64,000 nucleotides of DNA from an uncultured virus (IMG/VR IMGVR_UViG_3300034105_004634) (taxonomy: Duplodnaviria > Heunggongvirae > Uroviricota > Caudoviricetes): IMG/VR virus record IMGVR_UViG_3300034105_004634; one strand, given 5' to 3'. This document shows, in pieces, positions 47,548 through 57,274 of the stretch. The translations under genes and the position numbers were made by a program. The notes under the pieces are model-generated. The model worked only from the letters and a program-made list of their open reading frames with translations. It was not told the DNA's origin and searched no databases. Every line of letters starts with the position of its first letter. Position 1 is the first letter of the stretch.

Positions 47548-48297
47548 TTATGAGCCACACATATCGCATTGATCTGGCGAATCCAACGAACAACTAACTC
47601 CTTCCAGAACATCGTCAGCTGCTTTACTTAGTTCTTCGCTAGTCATTCCATTAATTTTAACATTAACAGGTTTAGTAACTTCAGCCGGTGTTGCTTTTAT
47701 CGCAGATTCTTTCATGGAATTTTTAGTTTTTTCCATATCTATACCAAGTCCAGCAAGGGCATCAACCGCTGCTTTAGTTCTTAAATAATACATACCCGTT
47801 TTAAGACCAGCTTTCCATGAATAGAAATGTGCAGAAGTTAATTTAGCAGAATTCACATTCTCTATAAATAAATTAAGAGATTGTGATTGGCATATAAATT
47901 TACCCCTACCTGCGGACATATCTATCAGGTCTTTTTGTTTAATTTCCCAAACAGTTCTATAAATTTCTCTAACATTTTCAGGTATCTGTTCTATATGTTG
48001 AACAGATCCTTTATGGTAAACTATTAGGTTTTTCATATCCTCGCTCCATAATCCAAGAGAAATAAGATCCTTAACCAGGTGTTTATTTATTATGATAAAC
48101 TCACCACTTAGCGTTCTTCTTGTGTATATATTAGAGGTGAATGGTTCGAATGCTTCGTTGTTACCCATAATCTGAGCAGTGTTGTGTGAAACCATACCAT
48201 TTTCTAACAAATACTCATGAACATCAGGAACTTCAAGATCCCACGTTGGTTTTTCTTGGTCTAGCTTTCTTAATGATTTTATTTTTATCGTTTTCAT
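47548..48297 (-). CDS. nrdA: Ribonucleotide reductase alpha subunit, C-half: IntC (39 aa) + C-extein
   Basis: TWDLEVPDVHEYLLENGMVSHN|TAQIMGNNEAFEP; QSQSLN; GLKTGMYYLRT; C-terminal CDMC. Confidence 0.95.
   Translation of the reverse strand: MKTIKIKSLRKLDQEKPTWDLEVPDVHEYLLENGMVSHNTAQIMGNNEAFEPFTSNIYTRRTLSGEFIIINKHLVKDLISLGLWSEDMKNLIVYHKGSVQHIEQIPENVREIYRTVWEIKQKDLIDMSAGRGKFICQSQSLNLFIENVNSAKLTSAHFYSWKAGLKTGMYYLRTKAAVDALAGLGIDMEKTKNSMKESAIKATPAEVTKPVNVKINGMTSEELSKAADDVLEGVSCSLDSPDQCDMCGS
48181..48297 (-). mobile_element. Split intein IntC (NrdA)
   Basis: Ends SHN; +1 Thr. Confidence 0.92.
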
Positions 48298-49486
48298 TAT
48301 ATTTATATTTTATCTTATTTTTATTTAAAAATTCCTCGATTAGATTAATGTTAACATCTGCCGGATCGCTATCCCATATAACCAGATATGAAAATCCATT
48401 ATCCTTCGCTATTCTTTTTTTTCCCATATCATATTCATGTGCTTCTCTTATTTTTTTATCAGTCTTTAAATAAACAGAAATTCCTTTATATTCATCAATT
48501 GAATATTTATCCAGTCTTGGGTGCCATTTTATACCATTGAATTCTATTATAGCCTTAGTTTCAAAATCCATTATACAAAAATCATAACAATAGCTTCTCG
48601 AATTTATTTTATCATAAAGAAAAAAATGTTTACTTTCCTCAATTTCAACAAAATTACGAATTTTTTTTTGATTTAGATATTCAACAATTGGCAGAAAATA
48701 TAACAAGGATATTTTTGAAGCAGAACCAAATTTGACTCTCCTACTTTTTAGTATTTCTGTATATTCGTTTGTTGCTAATAAATAATCTCCGTTATTTTTT
48801 TTGAGATAATAATTAAAATTTATTTTTTTCCTTTCATTCAAATCCTTAATGTAATCATTATATTGCTCCTCCCCTCCGAGTTCAATGATTTTTTTATCTT
48901 TGTCTATTTTAGTGGATTCTATTCTATCTGAATAAAGTATTTTTGCTTTTTCTATATCACCGTTACATTTTCTGAGAGCCCAATCAAAAGAGCATGAATT
49001 TTTGGTCAATTTATAGTTATTCCATCTATCAATACCGGAATCACCATATCTAATTTTGAATTTATCCAGGGTTTGTTTTGATTTTTCTTTAAAACTATCA
49101 AAGAGCTTATAACCTTCATCTTTCCCGTATTTAATAATAAAATTATCAAGCGTTGTTGATTTATCCTTTTTGTATTTTTTAACCATATTAGTTGATTCCT
49201 CCATAGTATATCCCATTCTCATCCAATAATCCTCCTTGTATGGAGTTACTATTTTGGAATTTTTTTCATTCCACATTTCTTCAAAATTATCGCCATACAG
49301 CAATTTATGGTATTCAATACCTGAAGAGTAAGGATTTAATGTTTTCAATTCTAATAATTTCTCAAATCTTTCGAAATATGAGTTTGATTCTGATGAATTT
49401 AAAAGGTCAAATTTACTAAATATTGTATCCACCATCTTCGATGGGTATCTGCAATAATAAGACGATGGATTAATTTTGGTCTGCAT
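48233..49486 (-). CDS. Free-standing endonuclease (KYG repeats + PD-(D/E)xK/Vsr-like), same family as 41137-42513
   Basis: YCYDFCI...AIIEFNGIKWHP...YDMGKKRIAKDNGF...IWD; GATATATA at 49506-49513; overlaps IntC by 65 nt. Confidence 0.8.
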   Translation of the reverse strand: MQTKINPSSYYCRYPSKMVDTIFSKFDLLNSSESNSYFERFEKLLELKTLNPYSSGIEYHKLLYGDNFEEMWNEKNSKIVTPYKEDYWMRMGYTMEESTNMVKKYKKDKSTTLDNFIIKYGKDEGYKLFDSFKEKSKQTLDKFKIRYGDSGIDRWNNYKLTKNSCSFDWALRKCNGDIEKAKILYSDRIESTKIDKDKKIIELGGEEQYNDYIKDLNERKKINFNYYLKKNNGDYLLATNEYTEILKSRRVKFGSASKISLLYFLPIVEYLNQKKIRNFVEIEESKHFFLYDKINSRSYCYDFCIMDFETKAIIEFNGIKWHPRLDKYSIDEYKGISVYLKTDKKIREAHEYDMGKKRIAKDNGFSYLVIWDSDPADVNINLIEEFLNKNKIKYKYNENDKNKIIKKARPRKTNVGS

Positions 49487-49535
49487 ATCGATTAATGTTT
49501 TCTTTTATATATCTCCAATGCCGACCAAAATTTTT

Positions 49536-51734
49536 CTATTGTTGGACAATCATATCTCTTTCAGTAAGTTCATCAGCTCTAACCCAAATCTCGTTACCAT
49601 CTCTAATACATAAAAATTTATGATTATACGAACATGTTATAATATTTCCATCCTCCGTTTCGACTTCAAACACTGGTACTTTCCCGTTAAAAAATATCTT
49701 TTCACATTCCTTAGTACCAAATCTCGTTTCTACAGATACTGGTGAATTAAAAAATACCCACTGCTGATCCCCGTTTTCCTCTATCGATTTCCAGTTTATA
49801 CCTTGGGCTTCCATTATTTCGATATACGATTTTGGACCCTCAGGAGTTAGAACTTTGGATTCTGCTAAAATACAAGAAGCGGTTGGCATCGGTGCTAATA
49901 GTAAAGAATTCCTTGCTCCATTCTTCATCACATCCTTCCTAAGCTTACCCCAATCCCATCTTCCTGATAGCTGTTCGTCACTGAATCCCCACATGTTAAA
50001 TTGGAATTCACCATTAGATAGGGGTGAACCCCGAAATGTTTCATAAGCTCCCTCTTTTTTTGCAAGTGCCATGGAGGAAGACATAGAAGCAAAATATATT
50101 GTTTCAAATACTTCCTCGTTGATTCTTTTAGCCTCAGGTGAAGCAAAAGGAATACCAAGAATTGCAAATAAATCAGCAAGGCCCTGAATACCTATACCTA
50201 TAGGTCTATGTCTCATGTTTGATTTTTTAGTCTCTGGTGTTGGATAATAGTTAACGTCTATTACCTTATTAAGATTAAGCGTTGTCTGATATGCAACATC
50301 ATAAAGTGCCTGGTGATCAACCTCACATCTACCCTTAGATATTTTAGAGGTTCTATTATCAGTAGATTTAAGGAATTTATTAACAGGTATCGAAGCAAGG
50401 TTACAAACAGCTTGCTCGTCCTTATCCGTATATTCCAATATTTCCGTGCACAAATTAGAGCTTTTAATAGTACCTAGATTTTTCTGGTTTGATTTTTTAT
50501 TAGCAGCATCCTTATAAAGTATATAAGGGGTTCCAGTTTCAATTTGCGAATCTAATATTCTAGTCCAAAGATCCCTGGCTTTCATTGTTTTTTTAGCTTT
50601 ACCTGCAGCTTCAGCAGCCTCATATGCAGCTTCAAATTCATCACCATATAATTCCCAAAGTCCCTGTACATCGGAAGGAGAAAATAAGCTCCATTCCTTA
50701 TCATCTTCCACTCTTTTCATAAATAAATCAGGGGTCCATAGTGCTAAGAAAAGATCTCTAGCTCTAAATTCTTCCTTACCGTGATTTTTTCTAAGATCCA
50801 AGAAATCCTCAATATCTGAATGCCATGGTTCAATATAGATTGCAAACGAGCCTTTACGTTTTCCACCGCCTTGGTCAACATATCTAGCGGTTTCGTTAAA
50901 AACTTTAAGCATCGGGATTATACCATTGGATGTACCATTCGTACCTCTGATATAAGAACCAGTACCTCTCACATTATGAACAGCAAGACCTATTCCTCCA
51001 GCATTCTGTGATATGGCAGCTACATCAGCAAGCGTTTTATAAATTCCAGGAATCGAATCATCGGACATCATCAATAAGAAGCAAGATGATAATTGTGGTT
51101 TTTTCGTACCAGCATTAAATAATGTAGGTGTTGCATGTGTCATCATATGATTAGACAAAAGCTCATAAGTTTTAATAACGCTCTTTATATCTTCTCCCCA
51201 TATTCCCGCAGCTACACGCATGTACATATGCTGGGGTGATTCACAAACCTGGCCATTGGTTTTTAATAGGTAGCTTTTTTCAAGAGTTCTAAATCCAAAA
51301 TATTCAAAATCAAAATCTCTTTCATGTATAATTGCACCATCAAGCTTTTGTTTATTCTTCATAACAACCTCGTAAGTGAGGTCATTTATAATACCAGCAG
51401 GCTCATTGGTTTCTGGATTTATATAATCATATAGATCCTGTATGGTTTCTGAGAATTTCTTCTTGGTCGTTTTGTGCAATCTTGACACTGCTATTCTTGA
51501 AGCCAATATGGAATAATCAGGATGTCTAGGTATTAACGAAGCAGCAGTCTCAGCAGTAAGATTATCTAGTTCCTGTGTGGTTATACCATCATAGATACCA
51601 GCAATAACTTTCTGAGCTACTTCCATAGCATCAACATAATCGACATTTAAGCCGTATGTCATTTTTCTTATTCTATTTGAAATTTTTTCAAACCTAACAG
51701 CTTCTTTTGAGCCATCTCTTTTAGTTACAAACAT
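49536..51734 (-). CDS. nrdA: Ribonucleotide reductase class Ia alpha subunit, N-half: N-extein (620 aa) + IntN (112 aa)
   Basis: ATP cone [47 protein letters not shown]...CSYNHKF...WVRADEL, then stop. Confidence 0.95.
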   Translation of the reverse strand: MFVTKRDGSKEAVRFEKISNRIRKMTYGLNVDYVDAMEVAQKVIAGIYDGITTQELDNLTAETAASLIPRHPDYSILASRIAVSRLHKTTKKKFSETIQDLYDYINPETNEPAGIINDLTYEVVMKNKQKLDGAIIHERDFDFEYFGFRTLEKSYLLKTNGQVCESPQHMYMRVAAGIWGEDIKSVIKTYELLSNHMMTHATPTLFNAGTKKPQLSSCFLLMMSDDSIPGIYKTLADVAAISQNAGGIGLAVHNVRGTGSYIRGTNGTSNGIIPMLKVFNETARYVDQGGGKRKGSFAIYIEPWHSDIEDFLDLRKNHGKEEFRARDLFLALWTPDLFMKRVEDDKEWSLFSPSDVQGLWELYGDEFEAAYEAAEAAGKAKKTMKARDLWTRILDSQIETGTPYILYKDAANKKSNQKNLGTIKSSNLCTEILEYTDKDEQAVCNLASIPVNKFLKSTDNRTSKISKGRCEVDHQALYDVAYQTTLNLNKVIDVNYYPTPETKKSNMRHRPIGIGIQGLADLFAILGIPFASPEAKRINEEVFETIYFASMSSSMALAKKEGAYETFRGSPLSNGEFQFNMWGFSDEQLSGRWDWGKLRKDVMKNGARNSLLLAPMPTASCILAESKVLTPEGPKSYIEIMEAQGINWKSIEENGDQQWVFFNSPVSVETRFGTKECEKIFFNGKVPVFEVETEDGNIITCSYNHKFLCIRDGNEIWVRADELTERDMIVQQ
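49539..49874 (-). mobile_element. Split intein IntN (NrdA)
   Basis: Cys1 codon at 49874-49872; block B SYNH. Confidence 0.92.
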
Positions 51735-51750
51735 ATTTTAAATTAATTTT

Positions 51751-52734
51751 TTAGAAATCCTCACCAAAAGCGAAGGTATCTGTATTTTTGTTCAATATTC
51801 CAGACTTTTGATATTCGCCAACTTTTTTTTCAAAAAAATTGGTCTTCCCCTGAAGTGCTATATTTTCCATGAAATCAAAAGGACATGCAGCGTTGAATAC
51901 TTTAGAGCATCCAAAATCAGCTAGTAATCTATCGGCAACAAATTCCAGGTATTGTTTCATTAGATCCTGATTCATACCAATAAGTCTAACTGGTAATGAT
52001 TCAGTTATAAATTCTTTTTCAATTTCTAATGCACTTAGAATTATTTCTTTTATTCTATCCTCAGATACTTTGTTTGCTAAATGTTCATTATGCAATAAAA
52101 CAGCAAAGTCACAATGCATACCCTCATCCCTAGATATTAATTCGTTAGAAAAGCATAGACCAGGAAGTAATCCTCTTTTTTTCATCCAGAAGATCGCACA
52201 GAATGATCCACTAAAGAACATACCCTCAACAGCAGCAAAAGCAACTAATCTTTCCTGGAAAGTAGCAGAGCCTATCCAATTTAGAGCCCACTCAGCTTTT
52301 TTCTTAACAGCAGGTATATTATCAATAGCATTAAATAATCTATCTTTTTCGATAGTATCCTGTATATAGGTGTCTATAAGCAATGAGTATGTTTCAGAAT
52401 GAACATTCTCCATCATAACTTGGAAACCATAGAAAAACTTAGCCTCCGCATATTGAACTTCTGATAAAAAGTTTTCAGCTAGGTTCTCATTAACTATACC
52501 ATCAGATGCAGCAAAGAAAGCTAGCACATTCTTGATAAAATATCTTTCATCGTCATTCAATTTGTTTCTCCAGTCATTAAGATCAGCAGAAAGATCTATT
52601 TCCTCCGCTGTCCATATCGATGCTTGTTGTTCTTTGTATCTTTCCCAGATATCATGATGTTCAATTGGGAATATTACGAATCTTCCGGGATTATCAGCCA
52701 GTATTGGCTCGGGTAAAGTGTATCTGCTTTCCAT
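51751..52734 (-). CDS. nrdB: Ribonucleotide reductase class Ia beta subunit
   Basis: [44 protein letters not shown]. Confidence 0.96.
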   Translation of the reverse strand: MESRYTLPEPILADNPGRFVIFPIEHHDIWERYKEQQASIWTAEEIDLSADLNDWRNKLNDDERYFIKNVLAFFAASDGIVNENLAENFLSEVQYAEAKFFYGFQVMMENVHSETYSLLIDTYIQDTIEKDRLFNAIDNIPAVKKKAEWALNWIGSATFQERLVAFAAVEGMFFSGSFCAIFWMKKRGLLPGLCFSNELISRDEGMHCDFAVLLHNEHLANKVSEDRIKEIILSALEIEKEFITESLPVRLIGMNQDLMKQYLEFVADRLLADFGCSKVFNAACPFDFMENIALQGKTNFFEKKVGEYQKSGILNKNTDTFAFGEDF

Positions 52735-52747
52735 TTGTTAAATTTTT

Positions 52748-53215
52748 TTAATAATTGTTTTCTTGTCTTCTTCTGTTTTCTTGATTCTTACTCATGTACA
52801 TGTTGTACATTTCAGCAGGCGTCATACCTATAGATATTGCATAGTTCATGAAAAAATGAAGCATGTCTATAATTTCAAATTTACATTCCAGTTGGTCACT
52901 ATCAGTAAGATCTGAGAATTTCTTAGATTCATATGTGTCATAAGCAGATTTCCATTTCTTCCAAATAGCATTGCCATTTCCATCTTTAATTCCTCCAAGA
53001 GCATCAGTGGCTTCGTGAATTTCATCTATGAGGGAATGATTATTCATATGCCAAAATCCCATAAGTTCACGCAAATTCATTTCTTCGAAATTGTAACCAT
53101 AAACATTCTTTTGTGTATCAGACTGTAAATTTAGTATGTCACCAAGAGTATCACTACTTTTTGAATAAAGATCTTCTATATTTAACTTCGAGCAGCTGTT
53201 ATCAATATTAGCCAT
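52748..53215 (-). CDS. T4 gp56-like dCTPase/dUTPase (all-alpha NTP pyrophosphatase)
   Basis: DEIHE, WKKW, KFEIIDMLHFFMN, YMSKNQENRRRQENNY. Confidence 0.85.
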   Translation of the reverse strand: MANIDNSCSKLNIEDLYSKSSDTLGDILNLQSDTQKNVYGYNFEEMNLRELMGFWHMNNHSLIDEIHEATDALGGIKDGNGNAIWKKWKSAYDTYESKKFSDLTDSDQLECKFEIIDMLHFFMNYAISIGMTPAEMYNMYMSKNQENRRRQENNY

Positions 53216-53315
53216 TTTTAATTTTTTTTGTTAATTTTAAGTTTTATTACTAGACCCTAGATCATTCCTGGATTTTATATATCAACCAGGTTTCTGTAAC
53301 CAAGGAAGTAATATG

Positions 53316-54722
53316 TTAATTTTTCTCTTTACCCAACAATTTTTTTAAACCATCTATTTCTAGCTCTAATTCAAGCATTTTATCTTTGGTTTTTCTTCTT
53401 CTCGAGTATAGATCTTTAATTATTATTTTAAGTATTGGATTCTCGTCATCATTACCGAAGTATGCGCCGGAAGCACATTTTATCCAATTATCCTTTGGGT
53501 TTAAAAGATTCTTTCCCTTGTATGATTCTGGTGAAATCCCCCATTGAACCATGGCATTAGGATATAGAGAAGCAAAGTCATAACAAGCAACCCAACCGTG
53601 TAATCCCTTAATAGGATCTTTAACATATCCACCAGCAAATTTAACATGTACCTCCTCTTTTCTTTCAGCTGTAAGTACCTGCTTTCTATCCAAGAATTTC
53701 TTCATCATTAAAACTTCGGTAGACCAAACTGGTGAAAGACACCTGTTTATTTCAACTCCAGATATCATTGCAATCTTGAAGAAAGTTTGCATCGTTTTAA
53801 GTTTCTGATCTATATAATGTACAAGTGCACAATCGACAGCATTATAGTAGATAAAATCTTCAAAGTTAGATTGGTATAAATCCCTAAGTGTCCCATCATA
53901 AGCAATCTTCTTGAAGCCAACAGCTTTATCAGCAACGTAATCTAATCTATTGCTTTCCTTGATCTTGATAACACGATCCCATTTTTTATATATGTCCAGG
54001 TAATCAAACATTAGTAGATGTTGTGGTAATTGTGCCTTACCTATAAGTGTTCTTCCTGGTGATATAATCTTGGGATCTATACCGAGTCTTTTAGCCCTAT
54101 TTAAAAGATATGGCCAGTCATAACCAAGCCAGTTCCACCCAGTCATTGTTGCCATCTTAGGACCAAGCTCTCGGAAGAACGTGTACATCATATCGTACTC
54201 AGTTTCAAATTGTTTATATTTAAAACTCCATTCATCGCCAGTTTTTTCGAAATACTTATTTAGTTTATTATAAATATTTCCTTGTTGCTCGGGTGTCAGT
54301 GGATCAAGTCCAAGAATTAGAAGCTTTCTTTTATCAGTTCCTATACCTATGGATATAACCCGATTCTTAGCATTTTCAGTATCCAGCGATGCTGCTTTAT
54401 CCTCCGTTATCTCAACCTCTATATCGACGAAGTATTTCTTAGGTTCCTGATATTCCCATAAAGGTTTTGTTAGTTCCTTTGGTGCCTCCATCAGAATCTG
54501 TGCCATTCGGTACTTATCATACCTCTCTGTCTTTACTTTCTTTACTGGTTCTCCCTTCCAATTGGTCCATTCCTTGTCCCTCTTAGGATCACCAGGATTG
54601 CACTTTTCCCAATTAAATCTTTCCTGCTCAGCTATCGGAACATGAAGAAATGCAAGATCCCCTTCTGGTCCGAAATGGGATACGTTTAGATAGCTCCCTT
54701 TATTCTCTATGTCAATAATCAT
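53316..54722 (-). CDS. Family B DNA polymerase, N-terminal subunit (3'-5' exonuclease + motif A)
   Basis: DIEV (ExoI), GWNWLGYDWPYL (ExoII), YNAVD (ExoIII), GGYVKDP, YDFASLYP; ends in the first fingers helix. Confidence 0.92.
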   Translation of the reverse strand: MIIDIENKGSYLNVSHFGPEGDLAFLHVPIAEQERFNWEKCNPGDPKRDKEWTNWKGEPVKKVKTERYDKYRMAQILMEAPKELTKPLWEYQEPKKYFVDIEVEITEDKAASLDTENAKNRVISIGIGTDKRKLLILGLDPLTPEQQGNIYNKLNKYFEKTGDEWSFKYKQFETEYDMMYTFFRELGPKMATMTGWNWLGYDWPYLLNRAKRLGIDPKIISPGRTLIGKAQLPQHLLMFDYLDIYKKWDRVIKIKESNRLDYVADKAVGFKKIAYDGTLRDLYQSNFEDFIYYNAVDCALVHYIDQKLKTMQTFFKIAMISGVEINRCLSPVWSTEVLMMKKFLDRKQVLTAERKEEVHVKFAGGYVKDPIKGLHGWVACYDFASLYPNAMVQWGISPESYKGKNLLNPKDNWIKCASGAYFGNDDENPILKIIIKDLYSRRRKTKDKMLELELEIDGLKKLLGKEKN

Positions 54723-54791
54723 TGGAAATATTTTTAATGCATATGTTTTACATCATAATAAACTTATGTTCCGGTCGGATATATAAATAAT

Positions 54792-55097
54792 ATGAAAAAT
54801 TTGATAAAATTTAGAGGTTTTGTGAACGAATGGCTAGATTCTCCAGGAAGTGTGGATGTTCCAGGGGAAGCATACCAAATTAGAGCAAATAGAAGGAACT
54901 ACCAATCCATAGATCCAACTATGCCACAAATCGTGGACGCCATGTTTGAAGCAGCATATTTCCATGACTTTTTAGACGAAGAGGGTAAATCTGAAAAATT
55001 TAATAAATTCTTGAGTGAAAAAAATAAATCAGGATCGGATGTAGCTGAATATCTAAAAACATCATTCCAAATAAAAAACTCAAAGGAGAAACAATAA
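54792..55097 (+). CDS. Hypothetical protein, capsid-targeting-like N-terminus
   Basis: MKNLIKFRGFVNE; GATATATA at 54778-54785. Confidence 0.75.
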   Translation: MKNLIKFRGFVNEWLDSPGSVDVPGEAYQIRANRRNYQSIDPTMPQIVDAMFEAAYFHDFLDEEGKSEKFNKFLSEKNKSGSDVAEYLKTSFQIKNSKEKQ

Positions 55098-56071
55098 TGG
55101 AAAATTTACAAAAGTTTAGCGGATGGATTAATGAGGCAAGATTATCAATAAAGGTTGACGTCGAAGAGGTAGAAAAAATATACTCTCCAGAGAATATAGT
55201 ATTTCCTAGTATATTATCAAAATATTTCGATAATATAAAGATAGAGGAAATTAAGAGGGAGTGTGCAAAATTGCTTGCAAAAGAATATGACACCAGACTC
55301 AATGATGTGCTAAAATGGCTAAAGTTCTCAGATAAAATAGCCACCGGATATCCATTAATGACAACACATTTTAGATTCATTAATAAATTTTATCCACTGA
55401 ATGTTGATGTACCGCCAAACTTGAAAACTGATCAACCAGGCAAGGAGGGTAATCAAATTTACATCCCGATAATAGAAAATATAGGTAAAACTATAAAGAT
55501 ATTTAAGGACGACGAGACGCAGGATGAAATAAATAAATCTATAGAATTTCATGCTGGTATAAGTAAAGCAAAGTATGACGAAGACAAATTAAAATATGTT
55601 ATCACCAGACAAGGAGATAATTACGATTATAGAATAGTGATACAAACGGATGGTACAGTTATAACTGAGGAGGAATCAAAAAAGACGCCTAAGGATAAAG
55701 CAATAGCATTTAACAATTCAAAAATACAAACATACAACCTCAAAAAAGGCAAACCGATAAGATTCACATCTAAATTAGGTGCTGATGGATTCGTTACAGG
55801 GAAGATTTTTAGAATAATTAATAAGGAATTTAAGAAATTCGGTAGAAGCGACAATTGGACCATATTTGACGACCATATAGAAATTGATCTGGAGTTCGAA
55901 AGGGACGGAAAAACATTAAAGATTTATAAATCATTCAAACCTGGTGATATAATTTACCTTCCATTGGGTGACGATAAAAAATTCGTTAGATGCGAGATCC
56001 AAAAGCCATTCTATGTTTCAAATCCAGTGCTTAAGGAACCAATAAACTTAAGAATTAAAATTCTAAAATAA
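55097..56071 (+). CDS. Hypothetical protein, capsid-targeting-like N-terminus
   Basis: MENLQKFSGWINEA; TAATG coupling to the upstream gene. Confidence 0.75.
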   Translation: MENLQKFSGWINEARLSIKVDVEEVEKIYSPENIVFPSILSKYFDNIKIEEIKRECAKLLAKEYDTRLNDVLKWLKFSDKIATGYPLMTTHFRFINKFYPLNVDVPPNLKTDQPGKEGNQIYIPIIENIGKTIKIFKDDETQDEINKSIEFHAGISKAKYDEDKLKYVITRQGDNYDYRIVIQTDGTVITEEESKKTPKDKAIAFNNSKIQTYNLKKGKPIRFTSKLGADGFVTGKIFRIINKEFKKFGRSDNWTIFDDHIEIDLEFERDGKTLKIYKSFKPGDIIYLPLGDDKKFVRCEIQKPFYVSNPVLKEPINLRIKILK

Positions 56072-56452
56072 AACGGCATCCAAGTAGGCTCTAAGCTTAC
56101 CATCTGTTGGCTTTATATCGAGATTACCATTAACAAATATTTCCCAGGATTCATTAGCATATATTCCAACCCCAGGAAGTTCGGTAACTCGAGTAAAGCC
56201 TTCTTTGTAAGCTTTACTCATCTCTATTATTCTTCTTGACTTTATATTGTAAAATCCGGTGGTTTTTATGATCGCTGCTAAACTTTCAGGATCACAATTG
56301 ATTGCAGAATCAATGTTGGGTATTAGATCAAATACGGCTTCTAAAATAGGTCGTACCTGTCTATTATTAGTTTGATTCAATAATATACAGCATATTAAAA
56401 TTTTCCAGGGATCATCCGGGTAATTCTCCTGTATTAATATCTCTCTTGGCAT
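56063..56452 (-). CDS. HhH-GPD DNA glycosylase, MBD4-like catalytic domain
   Basis: DPWKILICCILLNQT, LPGVGIYA (HhH), PTDGKL. Confidence 0.85.
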   Translation of the reverse strand: MPREILIQENYPDDPWKILICCILLNQTNNRQVRPILEAVFDLIPNIDSAINCDPESLAAIIKTTGFYNIKSRRIIEMSKAYKEGFTRVTELPGVGIYANESWEIFVNGNLDIKPTDGKLRAYLDAVLF

Positions 56453-56493
56453 ATACTTTAATTTTTATCGCAATTTAAAAAATACATGCGAAT

Positions 56494-56523
56494 AAAAAAA
56501 ATCTCCCAAGGGAGATTTTTTTT
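56494..56523 (-). terminator. Intrinsic terminator
   Basis: A-run/ATCTCC...GGAGAT/T-run hairpin. Confidence 0.7.
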
Positions 56524-57043
56524 ATTTCTTTTTCTTTCTGTTTTTTTCTATAAACTCCTTATAGGAAATCATTTTCTTTTTTCCCCTCGTCTTCTTCATA
56601 GCTGCATTTGTTCCAACAGTCATAGTATTGAAAGTGTCACCACTACCTGTTTTATTAGAATCATAAAATCCAGCATTGGTTCCATCGTTTGTTGGTGGTG
56701 CAGGATTTCCCATTCCGCCAACATTACCAAGTGTTGCAAGTCCAGCTGAAGATGCCCCACCACCATCATCCTCGATAAGTTTACGAGTACTTAAACCCTT
56801 ATTGATAAGATAATTTTTTAATTGCCATTTTTCAACGCAATAATTATTTTCGCCAAGCCAATTTTCAACACAATTACATGATTCATTACATTTGCATTCA
56901 TCACAATTTGATTCATCACAATTGCAAGAACCCTCCGAATCTTTACAGTTACATTCATCTAGACATTCATCTAGTTTTTTTCTTTCATCTCCGATACAAA
57001 CTAATTTTCTGCCATTTGTACTATTTCCTGTTGGGTAAAACAT
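56522..57043 (-). CDS. Cys-rich hypothetical protein
   Basis: CLDECNC..CNCDESNCDECKCNESCNC; Gly-rich middle; C-terminal MISYKEFIE. Confidence 0.65.
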   Translation of the reverse strand: MFYPTGNSTNGRKLVCIGDERKKLDECLDECNCKDSEGSCNCDESNCDECKCNESCNCVENWLGENNYCVEKWQLKNYLINKGLSTRKLIEDDGGGASSAGLATLGNVGGMGNPAPPTNDGTNAGFYDSNKTGSGDTFNTMTVGTNAAMKKTRGKKKMISYKEFIEKNRKKKK

Positions 57044-57044
57044 A

Positions 57045-57272
57045 CTATTCTAATATTTCTTTTATATTCTTGGAAAATATTCTAACTATATTACCAGATT
57101 CATTCTTTGTTACGTAACCTATTATGTCATTATAATTATCATATATTGGACTATCAACGAGTAATTTTCTACCCATGTTATCAATGACCCAATGATTTAA
57201 TATTTTACTAGTCTCTTTGCTAGGACTCATATTTCTAATCTCCATAGCATTTGGTGATCCGCATCCACACAT
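57045..57272 (-). CDS. Hypothetical protein
   Basis: 75-aa ORF starting MCGCG. Confidence 0.65.
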   Translation of the reverse strand: MCGCGSPNAMEIRNMSPSKETSKILNHWVIDNMGRKLLVDSPIYDNYNDIIGYVTKNESGNIVRIFSKNIKEILE

Positions 57273-57274
57273 AA

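Noticed and set aside
3489..51734. Group I introns as the explanation for the four interrupted genes
   Set aside because: Each junction has protein-splicing motifs (Cys1, block-B His, terminal HN plus C/S/T), and the non-coding gaps are at most about 50 nt, too short for a ribozyme core.
31114..54722. Split intein joining the two DNA polymerase halves
   Set aside because: No Cys1/block-B or HN motif at either end, only helical extensions.
51751..56452. Eukaryotic giant-virus (NCLDV) origin suggested by eukaryote-like NrdA/NrdB, MBD4-like and zinc-less Nei genes
   Set aside because: The tmRNA, bacterial promoters, lipoprotein, operon-style overlaps and T4-like gp56/UvsW/gp43 features point to a bacteriophage.
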